64,000 bases of DNA from Candidatus Altimarinota bacterium (GCA_965231215.1 OZ246423.1:1262060-1326059), one strand, 5' to 3'; shown: positions 10,642 through 20,649, counted from the stretch's first letter. Translations and numbers: made by a program. The notes: generated from the sequence alone by a model not told the origin.

Positions 10642-12942
10642 CTAAACTTTTAAATTTTTCATATTAAACCCATGAAGATTTGCTAGCTCTGTATTTAGCC
10701 TCTTTCGGTTTTTTTTAATTTTTATTTTTTCAGGTTTTTCTAATTTACTAGGGTTTACCAAAATTTTATCCCAAAGTTCATGAGAGAAATTTACATCACA
10801 TCTTTTATTTAATAGATCGTATAATCTTATTTTCATTTGAGTGAGGTCTATATCTTCTTCAAATTTGATGGCTTTTAAAGTATCCACTAAAGAAGCAACA
10901 TTAGCTCCAATTCTAGTAAAAATAATTTCATCTGAAAGGTCTTTGTCCTCATCAAAAAGGATTTTCCAATCTTGAGCATGTAGAATGACCTCGCACCTAG
11001 CATTTAGCGCTTCTGCCATAAGCCTAAAGGCTTCATCCTCACCTGGAACTATATCAGAAATATCCCTAATTCTGAGTACATGCTGATAGGCAAAAAACTC
11101 TTCTTCTTTTGGACCTTTAAAAAAGGAATTTTTAAACCTATTTTTAATATCTTTCTTAGCTCTTTCAATAAAATCCTGCTCCTTTTTTCCTTCTTCGTAA
11201 TCTATATAAGATCTATAGATTTCTGGATTGTTGGCTAAGTCCTTAACAATGTTCCACATAGAAGACTCTAATATTGGAATTGTAGGTCTAGATTCATCTA
11301 CTAAATCTTGTAAAGCAACATATACATCGTGGTGATTAGCTCCGGACTCATTTTTTTTATAATCTTCCTCCGTCATAATTTGTATTTCAACTGGGATTCG
11401 GATGATTTCTTCTCCATATTTAATAGGGAAAGATCCCAATAATTTGTACTCTTTTCTCTGGCTGTCTGCAGTTAAATTTTGTGAGGTTGATTCTTTAACT
11501 TTTAAGTTCCAAGATTCATCATATGGACTATTAGGACGGCCAAAATCAATTTGAAGTTTGTTTATTACCTCTCTAATATCATTTTCATTTGCTACGATAA
11601 TACTTGCTCGATAAACGTCTTTTATATTACTTGGATCTACTTCTGATTTCCTTGTGCATTTAGTGGCCATTCTTTCTATGGCTTTAGCATTTGAATCTAA
11701 TTTAAGGTAACACTTTCTCCCCCCTGTAAACCCTTTAATAAGTCTTCGACCTGTTTTTTTGCCCTGCGTTACCTCCTCTTCAGTTTTATCCCTTAGAGCT
11801 TGCCTAAATTCTTTTTCATGGGCATCGATAAACTGATAGTATGGCAATTTGGATATTTTTTTGAATCCAACAAAAGATTTAAGCATTCTCCTGCCTAGGG
11901 GTGATTGGTTAGCCTTTTTTGCGAATTCAAAGAAGCTTTCAGGGTCTTGGATTTTGCGTATGAGAGGCATTAGATTTTTCTCAACCTTAGCTTGCAAGGC
12001 CCTAGCATCGTATTTAATGTAATCTCGCATAAATTGAGTTCTGGAAACTATGTGTGGCAAGCATCTCATTGCCATTAACCCTCCGGCCTGGATTGCTTCA
12101 GGTACATCTAAAGGAACTTCAAAGTGAGTTTCATATATTTTTTTAAATGCTTCAAAATCTGGACTGATACTAATAATATCCAACGGAGATATTATTTTAT
12201 TCGTTTCTTGTACTGAATTAGAATCATTAATATCTTTAACAGTCATAGGCTTCCCTGAATTGGCTACCGCTAAAGCTTTGGCTCTAGTTTCTTCAGTCAC
12301 CTGCTCCATTCGCTTTAGAGCCTCTTCTACTTGGGCTGCTCCTAAATGACTATTGCTAGCGATAAGTTCTCTAGTTTCTGGATCAGATAGTATAGCTGGA
12401 CCAGAGGGCTCCCAGCTAATTTCTTCATGACTATCATCGCTGTGTTGTAAAGCGGTCCAAGTCTCTGGAAGATTTTCATATTCTTCAGGTTCTAAGATAA
12501 CAAGCCAAAAAGTAATTCTTTTGTGGTCGATATGAGGTATTTTTTTAAAGGAGCCATTAGTCATAGCGGTTTCAGTGGTATACAACTTTTGAAATCGATT
12601 GAGATGCACATATAGCCCACTTTCTTCTTCTAATTCTTCGCCGGCCTTTTTTAAACGTGAAAGTTCTTTTTCTGGCTCTGACATAGCCAAAAAAGCGGTT
12701 TGTGCTGCTTTATCATCAAAAGTCTTTCCCCCAGGGATTTCATATTTGCAGGCTTTGTCTGGACTTTTTCCTATACGATCTCCACTTTCACCATGATTCG
12801 AAGCCACAAGGATCGGTGGGTGGTTTTCTTCTCCTGGTTTTGGTTTTCGCATTACAAGGACTCTCTGAGTCTCCAAAAACCTTTCAGCTCTAATTGCTTG
12901 GGGTTCCTTTTCTAACATTATGCTTGAAGGTCTCTCATTCAT
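10642..12942 (-). CDS. Nudix domain fused to RelA/SpoT-like nucleotidyltransferase domain
   Basis: YEIPGGK...AGEELEEESGL (Nudix box with insertion); K..ERM..K, IKDVYRASII, VEIQIMT, HHDVY (RSH synthetase-like motifs). Confidence 0.7.
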   Translation of the reverse strand: MNERPSSIMLEKEPQAIRAERFLETQRVLVMRKPKPGEENHPPILVASNHGESGDRIGKSPDKACKYEIPGGKTFDDKAAQTAFLAMSEPEKELSRLKKAGEELEEESGLYVHLNRFQKLYTTETAMTNGSFKKIPHIDHKRITFWLVILEPEEYENLPETWTALQHSDDSHEEISWEPSGPAILSDPETRELIASNSHLGAAQVEEALKRMEQVTEETRAKALAVANSGKPMTVKDINDSNSVQETNKIISPLDIISISPDFEAFKKIYETHFEVPLDVPEAIQAGGLMAMRCLPHIVSRTQFMRDYIKYDARALQAKVEKNLMPLIRKIQDPESFFEFAKKANQSPLGRRMLKSFVGFKKISKLPYYQFIDAHEKEFRQALRDKTEEEVTQGKKTGRRLIKGFTGGRKCYLKLDSNAKAIERMATKCTRKSEVDPSNIKDVYRASIIVANENDIREVINKLQIDFGRPNSPYDESWNLKVKESTSQNLTADSQRKEYKLLGSFPIKYGEEIIRIPVEIQIMTEEDYKKNESGANHHDVYVALQDLVDESRPTIPILESSMWNIVKDLANNPEIYRSYIDYEEGKKEQDFIERAKKDIKNRFKNSFFKGPKEEEFFAYQHVLRIRDISDIVPGEDEAFRLMAEALNARCEVILHAQDWKILFDEDKDLSDEIIFTRIGANVASLVDTLKAIKFEEDIDLTQMKIRLYDLLNKRCDVNFSHELWDKILVNPSKLEKPEKIKIKKNRKRLNTELANLHGFNMKNLKV

Positions 12943-13028
12943 CCCCTTATTATATCAAAAAATTTAATTTAAATCGATTTTTTTTTGCTTTATGATTCTT
13001 ACTGGTAAAAATGAAACAAATCATAAAC

Positions 13029-13313
13029 ATGCTTTCACAAGACGAAGTCGTACATATTGCAAAATTGGCTAAAATCAAGCTAAAAAATTCAGAAATTGAA
13101 AAATTTTCAACGGAGCTTTCCAGTATTCTTGGTTTTTTTGCTGACTTACAAGAGGTAGATACTAAAGGCATAACCGAAACCTCACAAGTAACCGGACTAG
13201 AAAATGAAACCAGACCCGATGAAGTAAAAGTGACAGAAAATGAAGACGAACTCCTTGAATGTAGTCCTCACCCAGTGGAAAACCACAGCATTAAAATTCC
13301 TAAAATTATGTAA
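13029..13313 (+). CDS. gatC: Asp/Glu-tRNA amidotransferase subunit C
   Basis: LSQDEVVHIAKLAKI..RPDEV..KIPKI; abuts gatA. Alternative start at 13011. Confidence 0.93.
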   Translation: MLSQDEVVHIAKLAKIKLKNSEIEKFSTELSSILGFFADLQEVDTKGITETSQVTGLENETRPDEVKVTENEDELLECSPHPVENHSIKIPKIM

Positions 13314-14755
13314 TGCCCTTAGTCAAAAAATCTTTAGCGGAGCTTTCAAGCCTACTTCAGTCTGGTGAAATCACTTCACGAGAACTGACCGAGGCGTTTA
13401 TTGCCGAAATTGAAACCAAAGACAAAGACCTCAATGCCTTCGTAACAACTACTTTTGATTTTGCTCGTGAGCAAGCCAATAGTAGTGATAGTCGTTTGCA
13501 AACGGGAAAGGCGCTTTCGCCTTTGGATGGCATTCCGATGACGCTTAAAGACGTAGTATCAACCAAAGGGATTAAAACTACAGCGAGTTCAAATATACTA
13601 AAAGACTTCAAACCCCCATATGATGCTACGGTTTGGCAGCGCCTTAAAGACGCAGGAGTAGTATTGCTTGGGAAGGTCAATACCGATGAATTTACTATGG
13701 GAGCCTCCACTGAAACTTCTGCTTTTGGGGTTACTAAAAATCCTCATGATTTGACCCGAGTAGCCGGAGGTAGCTCTGGAGGCTCTGCCGCTGCTGTGGC
13801 GGCCAATATGTGTGCTGGAAGTATTGGCACTGATACTGGTGGGTCTATTCGACAACCAGCTCATTTTTGTGGCTGTACGGGGCTTAAAGTCTCGTATGGA
13901 CGGGTGTCTCGTTGGGGCACTATTCCAATGGCTTCAAGTTTAGACACCGTAGGCCCTTTAGCCAAAACCCCAGAAGACTGTGCGATGATTATGAATATTA
14001 TCGCGGGAAAAGATCCAAAAGACAGTACGACTCCCAATAGAGAAACTCCAGATTATACAAAAACACTAGGAGATAAAATCGCGGGAATGAAGATAGGGAT
14101 TCCTAAAGAGTACTTTGTTGAAGGGATTGATCCAGATATTGTCGCGGTGTTAGAGTCTACTAAAGCTATTTTAGAAAACCTTGGAGCAAAAGTAGTAGAA
14201 GTCTCACTCCCTCATACTAAATATGCAGTGTCTGTGTACTATATTGTGGCTCCCTCAGAAATTTCGGCCAATATGTCGCGGTTTGATGGTATACGGTTTG
14301 GGACAGCCTATGGTGAGAAAGACCTACAAGAAATCTACACAGAAACCCGCGAATCCGGATTTGGAGATGAAGTAAAAAGAAGAATTCTTATTGGTACTTA
14401 TGCTCTCTCTGCCGGATATTATGATGCTTTTTACCGAAAAGCGCAGAAAGTAAGAACTTTGGTAAAGCAAGACTTTGAGAATACGTTTGAAGAAGTAGAA
14501 GCTCTTTTAGCTCCAAGCTTCCCGAGTGTGGCTACCAAAATTGGGCATACCAGTGAAGACCCTCTACAGGCCTACATTGAAGACCTGTTAACGCTTCCCT
14601 CTAGTTTGGCTGGAATTTGTGGATTAACCGTTCCCGTAGGATTTTCTAAAGACAAATTGCCTATTGGGCCTCAAATACTGTGTCCCGCTTATAAAGAAGA
14701 AAAGGCATTACAGATTGGACATCAGATTTATCAAGCAGTACATAAAAACGATTAA
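13313..14755 (+). CDS. gatA: Asp/Glu-tRNA amidotransferase subunit A
   Basis: GGSSGGSAAAVAA, GTDTGGSIRQPA, FGDEVKRRILIGTYALSAGYYDA. Confidence 0.97.
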   Translation: MPLVKKSLAELSSLLQSGEITSRELTEAFIAEIETKDKDLNAFVTTTFDFAREQANSSDSRLQTGKALSPLDGIPMTLKDVVSTKGIKTTASSNILKDFKPPYDATVWQRLKDAGVVLLGKVNTDEFTMGASTETSAFGVTKNPHDLTRVAGGSSGGSAAAVAANMCAGSIGTDTGGSIRQPAHFCGCTGLKVSYGRVSRWGTIPMASSLDTVGPLAKTPEDCAMIMNIIAGKDPKDSTTPNRETPDYTKTLGDKIAGMKIGIPKEYFVEGIDPDIVAVLESTKAILENLGAKVVEVSLPHTKYAVSVYYIVAPSEISANMSRFDGIRFGTAYGEKDLQEIYTETRESGFGDEVKRRILIGTYALSAGYYDAFYRKAQKVRTLVKQDFENTFEEVEALLAPSFPSVATKIGHTSEDPLQAYIEDLLTLPSSLAGICGLTVPVGFSKDKLPIGPQILCPAYKEEKALQIGHQIYQAVHKND

Positions 14756-14799
14756 TTTTACTTGTTGAATAACCTTGGACTTACTAGAATACTGGCCGA

Positions 14800-15867
14800 A
14801 TGAAAAAACTCTTTCTAGCTTCTGGTGAAAATTTTGCCGGAACGGTTTTTGGAGCAGATACAGACACTTTAGGAGAAGTAGTTTTTACAACAGGAATGAC
14901 TGGATATTTAGAAACTTTAACCGATCCAAGTTATTACGGACAAATTGTGATCTTTACTTATCCATTAATTGGGAATTATGGTGTTTTCGACCCCAAACAA
15001 ATGGTGCCAGGGGTAGATAAAACCTATGAATCAGAACGCATTTGGGTAAAAGGAGTTATCCTTACAGAAGTTTCTGAAGCATTTTCGCACTGTGAAGCTT
15101 TCCAAAACTTTGATGCATGGCTTAAAGCGCACAACATTCCAGGGCTCGCAGGCGTAGACACCCGAGCCCTTACCCAAAGTTTGCGAGAGCATGGATGCAT
15201 TATGGGAAATATGGGAAAAAATCCGGCAACAGACTTTGAAGATAAGCTTAAAGGACGTTATGTACCAGAAGTTTCCCCTACAGAAACCACTATCTTAGAA
15301 CCTGAAAATCCAAAAGGGAAAACGATAGCCTTTGTAGACTGTGGAGCTAAAAATGGAATTTTTAGAAACTTTTTAGACCGAGGTATTCGGGTAATCCGAT
15401 ATCCCTTTGATGTGAATCCATTTGAAGGGGAGCATAAATTTGATGGGATTTTCTTTTCTAACGGCCCTGGAGATCCAGAAGCCGTTACAGAAACTATAGA
15501 CACTATGAAAGTAGCATTAGAAAAAGATATACCAATCTTTGGAATTTGTTTGGGGTGCCAGATGTTAGGACTTGCTGCTGGCGGAAAAACTGTGAAAATG
15601 AAATATGGACATCGAGGAGTGAATCAGCCAGTTCAAGAATGTTCAAGCGGGCACTGTATGGTAACGACTCAAAATCACGGATATGTGGTAGAAGCCGAAA
15701 GTTTACCTGCTGATTTTGAAGTCTGGTTTAAAAACCTGAATGACGACTCGGTTGAAGGAGTACGACACAAAACCAAACCAGTCTTTGCGGCCCAATTTCA
15801 TCCTGAAGCTTGCGGAGGCCCCGAAGATGCACAGTATTTATTTGATGATTTTATAAAAGCCCTCTAA
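14800..15867 (+). CDS. carA: Carbamoyl-phosphate synthase small subunit
   Basis: GEVVFTTGMTGY..LTDPSY.GQ, SNGPGDP, GICLG, GHRG.NQP, QNHGY, QFHPE. Confidence 0.96.
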   Translation: MKKLFLASGENFAGTVFGADTDTLGEVVFTTGMTGYLETLTDPSYYGQIVIFTYPLIGNYGVFDPKQMVPGVDKTYESERIWVKGVILTEVSEAFSHCEAFQNFDAWLKAHNIPGLAGVDTRALTQSLREHGCIMGNMGKNPATDFEDKLKGRYVPEVSPTETTILEPENPKGKTIAFVDCGAKNGIFRNFLDRGIRVIRYPFDVNPFEGEHKFDGIFFSNGPGDPEAVTETIDTMKVALEKDIPIFGICLGCQMLGLAAGGKTVKMKYGHRGVNQPVQECSSGHCMVTTQNHGYVVEAESLPADFEVWFKNLNDDSVEGVRHKTKPVFAAQFHPEACGGPEDAQYLFDDFIKAL

Positions 15868-15882
15868 ACTGGACGAGATTAG

Positions 15883-16737
15883 ATGACTTTAGAAAATACA
15901 GCACTAAAATTCCAAAACGTTCACAAGAAATATGGCGATTTTACCGCACTTAAAAACGTTACTTTTGAAGTAAAAGAAGGAGAATTTATTGCGCTTCTTG
16001 GGCCGAATGGAGCCGGAAAAACAACGCTTATTAATTGTCTAAATGGATTGACCTCCCGTAATGGAGGTGAAATATCTGTATTTGGTGAAGACCCAGAAAA
16101 AAATCCCCTATCGACTAAAATGAATTTGGGAATTGTAGAACAAGAACTGGTATTTGATCCCTTTTTTACGCCTTTAGAGATGCTTCGTCTACGTCGAGGT
16201 CTATTTGGCCTTAAACCGGATGAAGCCTATGTAAATTGGTTACTGGAAAAACTCAGCCTTGAAGATAAAAAAAAGGTTCGTGCGAGAGAACTTTCTGGCG
16301 GAATGAAACGAAGACTTATGATTGCTAAAGCTTTAGCTCATGAACCCAAAATTTTAATTCTAGATGAACCTACAGCTGGAGTAGACGTTGAATTGCGTAA
16401 TGCTTTATATGACTTTTTACGAGCATTGAGAAAACAAGGTCTTACGATTGTGTTAACTACCCATTACCTAGAAGAAGCAGAGTTGTTGGCTGATCGTGTA
16501 GCGATTCAAAACCTAGGAGAAACCGTTGTCTTTGAGGATACAAAAAAACTTTTAGCCACTAAAAATAGATGGTTATGTGTGGAATTTGAAGATGGAACTG
16601 TTGGGAAATTTGAACTTAAAGCCGATACCAGTGTTAGAAAAACGCTTGATAGCTTTGGTTCTAAGAAAATTAAAGATCTCAAAATCCAAGAACCCAATTT
16701 AGAAGAAATATTTTTAGAATTTACGCACCAAAAATGA
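15883..16737 (+). CDS. ABC-2 type transporter ATP-binding subunit (YadG-like)
   Basis: GPNGAGKTT, LSGGMKRRL, LDEPTAGVD, TTHYLEEAE. Confidence 0.93.
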   Translation: MTLENTALKFQNVHKKYGDFTALKNVTFEVKEGEFIALLGPNGAGKTTLINCLNGLTSRNGGEISVFGEDPEKNPLSTKMNLGIVEQELVFDPFFTPLEMLRLRRGLFGLKPDEAYVNWLLEKLSLEDKKKVRARELSGGMKRRLMIAKALAHEPKILILDEPTAGVDVELRNALYDFLRALRKQGLTIVLTTHYLEEAELLADRVAIQNLGETVVFEDTKKLLATKNRWLCVEFEDGTVGKFELKADTSVRKTLDSFGSKKIKDLKIQEPNLEEIFLEFTHQK

Positions 16738-17501
16738 TTCACCCTATTCGGCTCTGGACCCTTACCTGGAAAGAAACTTGCCGGTTTCTGAAAGTCTGGA
16801 GCCAAACCGTAGGATCACCAGTCGTAATTGCGGTGATGTATTTTGCTGTATTCGGTGGGGCTCTAGGATCAAAAATCACAGAATTAAAAGGCGTCCCCTA
16901 CTCTATTTTTATTATTCCAGGATTAGTGCTTTTACAATCCACCACTAACGCCTTTATGAATCCTTCAAGTTCCCTTATTATCGCTAAATATAGTGGAACT
17001 ATGTCTGATATATTGCTGCCTCCCCTGTCGGCCTTAGAAAAAACTTTGGGGTATTTGTTGGGAGGGCTTTTTCGGGGAATAATGGTGTCCATTTTGATAT
17101 TTTTGGTAGCTGGATTTTTTACTGGAAAATATATTCCAGAACATTGGGACGTATTTATTTTAATGCTTATTTTGGCTAATGGAGCCTTTGCCCTTCTAGG
17201 AACGCTTGTTGGAATTTGGGCCAAAAACTTTGATCAAATTTCAGGATTTTCAACTTTTGTAATTACCCCGATGGGGTTTTTAGGAGCTATCTTTTATAGT
17301 CTGGAAATGTTGCCGCCACTGGCCCAAAAAATGTCACTCTTTAATCCGTTCTTTTATTTTTCTGATGGCCTTAGATATGGCTTTTTGGGGGTTAATGAAG
17401 TCGATCCACAGTTTAGTATTGGGATGACTCTAGCCATCTTTGTAGTCCTGTTTATATTAAACCTTTGGGCCTTTCATAAAAATTGGCGATTAGGTATTTG
17501 A
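16734..17501 (+). CDS. ABC-2 type permease (YadH-like)
   Basis: KE..RF.KVW.QT, PGL, P..FLG..FYSL..LP, NPFFY..G.RYGF; ATGA overlap with the ATPase gene. Confidence 0.92.
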   Translation: MIHPIRLWTLTWKETCRFLKVWSQTVGSPVVIAVMYFAVFGGALGSKITELKGVPYSIFIIPGLVLLQSTTNAFMNPSSSLIIAKYSGTMSDILLPPLSALEKTLGYLLGGLFRGIMVSILIFLVAGFFTGKYIPEHWDVFILMLILANGAFALLGTLVGIWAKNFDQISGFSTFVITPMGFLGAIFYSLEMLPPLAQKMSLFNPFFYFSDGLRYGFLGVNEVDPQFSIGMTLAIFVVLFILNLWAFHKNWRLGI

Positions 17502-17532
17502 TTGTTTTGTAAAATATTCTAGAATTCATCAG

Positions 17533-19179
17533 ATGAAAATATTACTACTTGGCTCTGGAGCTCTAAAAATTGGAGAGGCCGGAGAGTTTGATTATTCTGG
17601 TTCTCAAGCCATTAAAACTTTCAAAAGACATGGGCATGAAGTAGTCCTAATAAACCCAAATATTGCGACGGTTCAAACAGATCCAAAAAACTTTGCCCCC
17701 TCAGAAAACTGTGCTGATAAAGTTTATTTTTTGCCCGTGACTCCCAACTTTGTAGAAAAAGTAATAGAGAAAGAATCACCAGAAGCGCTCGTGCTTTCAT
17801 TCGGCGGACAAACAGCGCTTAACTGTGGACTAGACCTGGAAGAAATGGGAATTCTCAAAAAGCATAAAGTAAAGGTTCTTGGCACCCCCGTAGAGGTTAT
17901 TAGAGCCACGGAAGATCGAGAAATTTTTGTAAAAAAATGCACGGAAATTGGAGTGAAAACACCTAGATCCATTCCGGCTTATTCTATGCAAGAAGCTAAA
18001 GCTGCGGCTAAAGAAATTGGGTTTCCTCTTATTATGCGTGCCGGTTTTGCTTTAGGAGGGAAGGGGTCAGGATTTTGTGAAACAGAAGATAAATTTGAAG
18101 GCATGGTAAAAGATGCACTTTCATTTTCTCCTCAGGTACTAGTAGAAGAAGACCTTCGCGGATGGAAAGAGCTAGAATATGAAGTAGTTCGAGATGGCGA
18201 AGATAACTGTATTACCGTAGTGAATATGGAAAATTTTGATCCATTAGGAATTCATACCGGTGAATCTATTGTTATTTCTCCATCACAAACTCTTTCTAAT
18301 GCAGAATGGCAACTACTCAGAACTACCGCTATCAAAACGATCCGACATTTAGGCATTGTAGGAGAATGTAATATTCAATATGCTCTCGATCCAAATAACT
18401 CGGAAGAATATAGAGTCATTGAGGTAAATCCGAGGTTGAGTAGAAGTTCTGCCTTAGCCTCAAAGGCCACAGGATACCCTCTGGCTGCCGTGGCGGCAGA
18501 AATTATTTTGGGAAATCCTCTGTATAAGATCCCAAATGCTATTACGAAAGAAACAACCGCTTTTTTTGAGCCAGCACTGGATTATGTAGCGCTCAAAATA
18601 CCTCGATGGGATCTTCAAAAGTTTAGAAAGGTAAGCCATCAAATCGCTACAGAAATGAAATCTGTAGGGGAAGTTATGGCTTTGGGACGAAACTTCCCTG
18701 AAGTGGTACAAAAAGCGGTTCGAATGTTGGGTATTGGAAGCCATGGAATACTTGATGCGCCAGCTAAATTTGAAGATAAAGCCGATGTTGAGGAAAATTT
18801 GAGAATGGCTTCTCCCAGAAGAATCTTCGCAGTCGCAGAAGGACTCTATCAAGACTACTTTACCGTAGATGAAATCTTTGAGATGACCAAAATTGATCGA
18901 TGGTTTTTAATGCAAATGAAACGAATTACTGATTTTGCTCAAAGATTAGAAAAATCAGGAATAAAAAATCCAGAAATAATTAAAGAAGCTAAGGTTTTAG
19001 GATTTGCTGATCAAGAAATTGCACGTCTCACAGGAAAATCTTTTAAAGAAATATACCAAATGCGTAGAGACCACAATATTGCGCCTGTAACCAAGCAAAT
19101 AGACACTCTGGCAGCGGAATTTCCAGCTCAAACAAATTACTTGTATACGACCTACTTAGGAAACAAAAACGACGTCTAG
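17533..19179 (+). CDS. carB: Carbamoyl-phosphate synthase large subunit, N-terminal half only (carboxyphosphate + oligomerization domains)
   Basis: GSGALKIGEAGEFDYSGSQA, GWKELEYEVVRD, GIHTGES, IEVNPRLSRSSALASKATGYP, KQIDTLAAEFPA.TNYLY.TY, then stop at 548 aa. Confidence 0.93.
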   Translation: MKILLLGSGALKIGEAGEFDYSGSQAIKTFKRHGHEVVLINPNIATVQTDPKNFAPSENCADKVYFLPVTPNFVEKVIEKESPEALVLSFGGQTALNCGLDLEEMGILKKHKVKVLGTPVEVIRATEDREIFVKKCTEIGVKTPRSIPAYSMQEAKAAAKEIGFPLIMRAGFALGGKGSGFCETEDKFEGMVKDALSFSPQVLVEEDLRGWKELEYEVVRDGEDNCITVVNMENFDPLGIHTGESIVISPSQTLSNAEWQLLRTTAIKTIRHLGIVGECNIQYALDPNNSEEYRVIEVNPRLSRSSALASKATGYPLAAVAAEIILGNPLYKIPNAITKETTAFFEPALDYVALKIPRWDLQKFRKVSHQIATEMKSVGEVMALGRNFPEVVQKAVRMLGIGSHGILDAPAKFEDKADVEENLRMASPRRIFAVAEGLYQDYFTVDEIFEMTKIDRWFLMQMKRITDFAQRLEKSGIKNPEIIKEAKVLGFADQEIARLTGKSFKEIYQMRRDHNIAPVTKQIDTLAAEFPAQTNYLYTTYLGNKNDV

Positions 19180-19244
19180 CCGTGTTTTCTGACTTAAGCC
19201 TTTGATAGATTGATTTTGTACTTGTTTTATGATATAATTAAAAG

Positions 19245-20015
19245 ATGGCACAAGATGCATCTTCGGATAAAAGAATTTTAAAGGGCTTTACCTCAGGTAC
19301 TGAAAAATTAGTAAAAGGGGCTGGAGACTTTGTAGGAGGCACTCTAAATACCGTTGGAGATGCCGTTTCTGCGCCTTTTAAGCTGACACAAGATAAAACC
19401 TCATATGAGATTTTTAAATTTAAAAGGAAAATTTATGATATAGAAAAAACTTGTACCTTTGACAATGAATGGCTTACAACTGCCGTATTTTCATTTGTTA
19501 CTGGAACTGGGAACACCCATGATGAAGTACTTTTAGCACTTCATGAAGTTCAAAAAGAGTACTTTTTTGGGGATAGGGCTAAAAAGTTATTGAGATGGAG
19601 GCAATACAAAGTGATAGATGGTGGTATTGAAATTGAGTGGGATGAAACGAAACAGGGATTCTTAATGACCTACAAAATCAAAGTGGTTCGAGCTGAAGAT
19701 CCTAAAGAAACTCAAAACATGCTATTTGGGAGGGGGTACTTTAGAGTCTTTTTTGGGGATACGTCAGAAGAGGAGATGAAAAAATTTATTACCTCCAAAA
19801 TAAGACCAGAAGTGGAAGACCTAAATAACACTCTTAGAAGTGATGATAAGCGGTATCCATACTTTAAGCCCGCTAACTATAGAAAAGATCCACCAGAGGG
19901 CTCTAAAAATCAACCTCTAATTTATTTTTCAAATAAATTGGACATAGAGGGGCCAGAAAAGATAACTGTTCTAGGGGGGGAACAGTTTACCGCCTTCTTT
20001 GATACTATGAGGTAG
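19245..20015 (+). CDS. Hypothetical protein (256 aa)
   Basis: Long ORF with its own promoter (TTGATT-17-TATAAT, extended -10); Gly-rich amphipathic N-terminal segment; no recognised family. Confidence 0.65.
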   Translation: MAQDASSDKRILKGFTSGTEKLVKGAGDFVGGTLNTVGDAVSAPFKLTQDKTSYEIFKFKRKIYDIEKTCTFDNEWLTTAVFSFVTGTGNTHDEVLLALHEVQKEYFFGDRAKKLLRWRQYKVIDGGIEIEWDETKQGFLMTYKIKVVRAEDPKETQNMLFGRGYFRVFFGDTSEEEMKKFITSKIRPEVEDLNNTLRSDDKRYPYFKPANYRKDPPEGSKNQPLIYFSNKLDIEGPEKITVLGGEQFTAFFDTMR

Positions 20016-20016
20016 C

Positions 20017-20571
20017 TTACTTAGAGGCTTGTTCAGCCTCATCAGCAGGCGCGGCTTCTTTTTTGGTTTCAGCTTTTACTTCCTCAGTTACTTCAGGAGT
20101 TTTTGCTGTTGCCTCTTCTGGTGCTTCTGCTGGAGTTTCAGCTGTTTCAGCCGCTTTGGCCTCGCTCACAGGAGCTTCTGCAGTTTCTGGTTTAGGCAAT
20201 TCAAATGCTTTTTCTTGAAGTTCTAGTGGCACCTCTTTCATTCGAAGAGCTTTTCCACTCAGATCCCTGAGGTAATTTAATTTAGCTCGTCTAACTTTAT
20301 GAGCTCGAATAACTTCAATTTTAACAATAGTAGGAGAGTGTACCGGGAAAGTTTTTTCTACGCCAATTCCTTCTGACACCTTTCTTACTGTAAAAGTGTC
20401 ATTTACCCCATGTCCAGCATTAGTCGCAATAACGGTTCCCTGAAACACTTGTACTCGTTCTTTATTACCTTCCTTGATCTTTTGATGTACCGCCACTAGG
20501 TAGCCTGGCCTCACATCGGGTACTTTAGCCTTACAAAATTGAGCTTCAAATTGGTGGATGGTTTTTGACAT
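20017..20571 (-). CDS. rplS: 50S ribosomal protein L19 with A/E/K-rich C-terminal extension
   Basis: [47 protein letters not shown]. Confidence 0.96.
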   Translation of the reverse strand: MSKTIHQFEAQFCKAKVPDVRPGYLVAVHQKIKEGNKERVQVFQGTVIATNAGHGVNDTFTVRKVSEGIGVEKTFPVHSPTIVKIEVIRAHKVRRAKLNYLRDLSGKALRMKEVPLELQEKAFELPKPETAEAPVSEAKAAETAETPAEAPEEATAKTPEVTEEVKAETKKEAAPADEAEQASK

Positions 20572-20597
20572 ATCTAAATACGGGTAAATTCTGGGCG

Positions 20598-20625
20598 ATT
20601 ATATGAAGGTAAAAGCACTTGGCAA
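20598..20625 (-). promoter_or_regulatory. Sigma70-type promoter of rplS
   Basis: Minus strand TTGCCA-16 bp-TATAAT, 26 nt upstream of the start codon. Confidence 0.6.
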
Positions 20626-20649
20626 ATTTTTTGATGAAAAAATGTATTC

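Noticed and set aside
20017-20230. Long A/E/K/P-rich extension on L19
   Set aside because: Low-complexity tails on ribosomal proteins are common; no domain signal.
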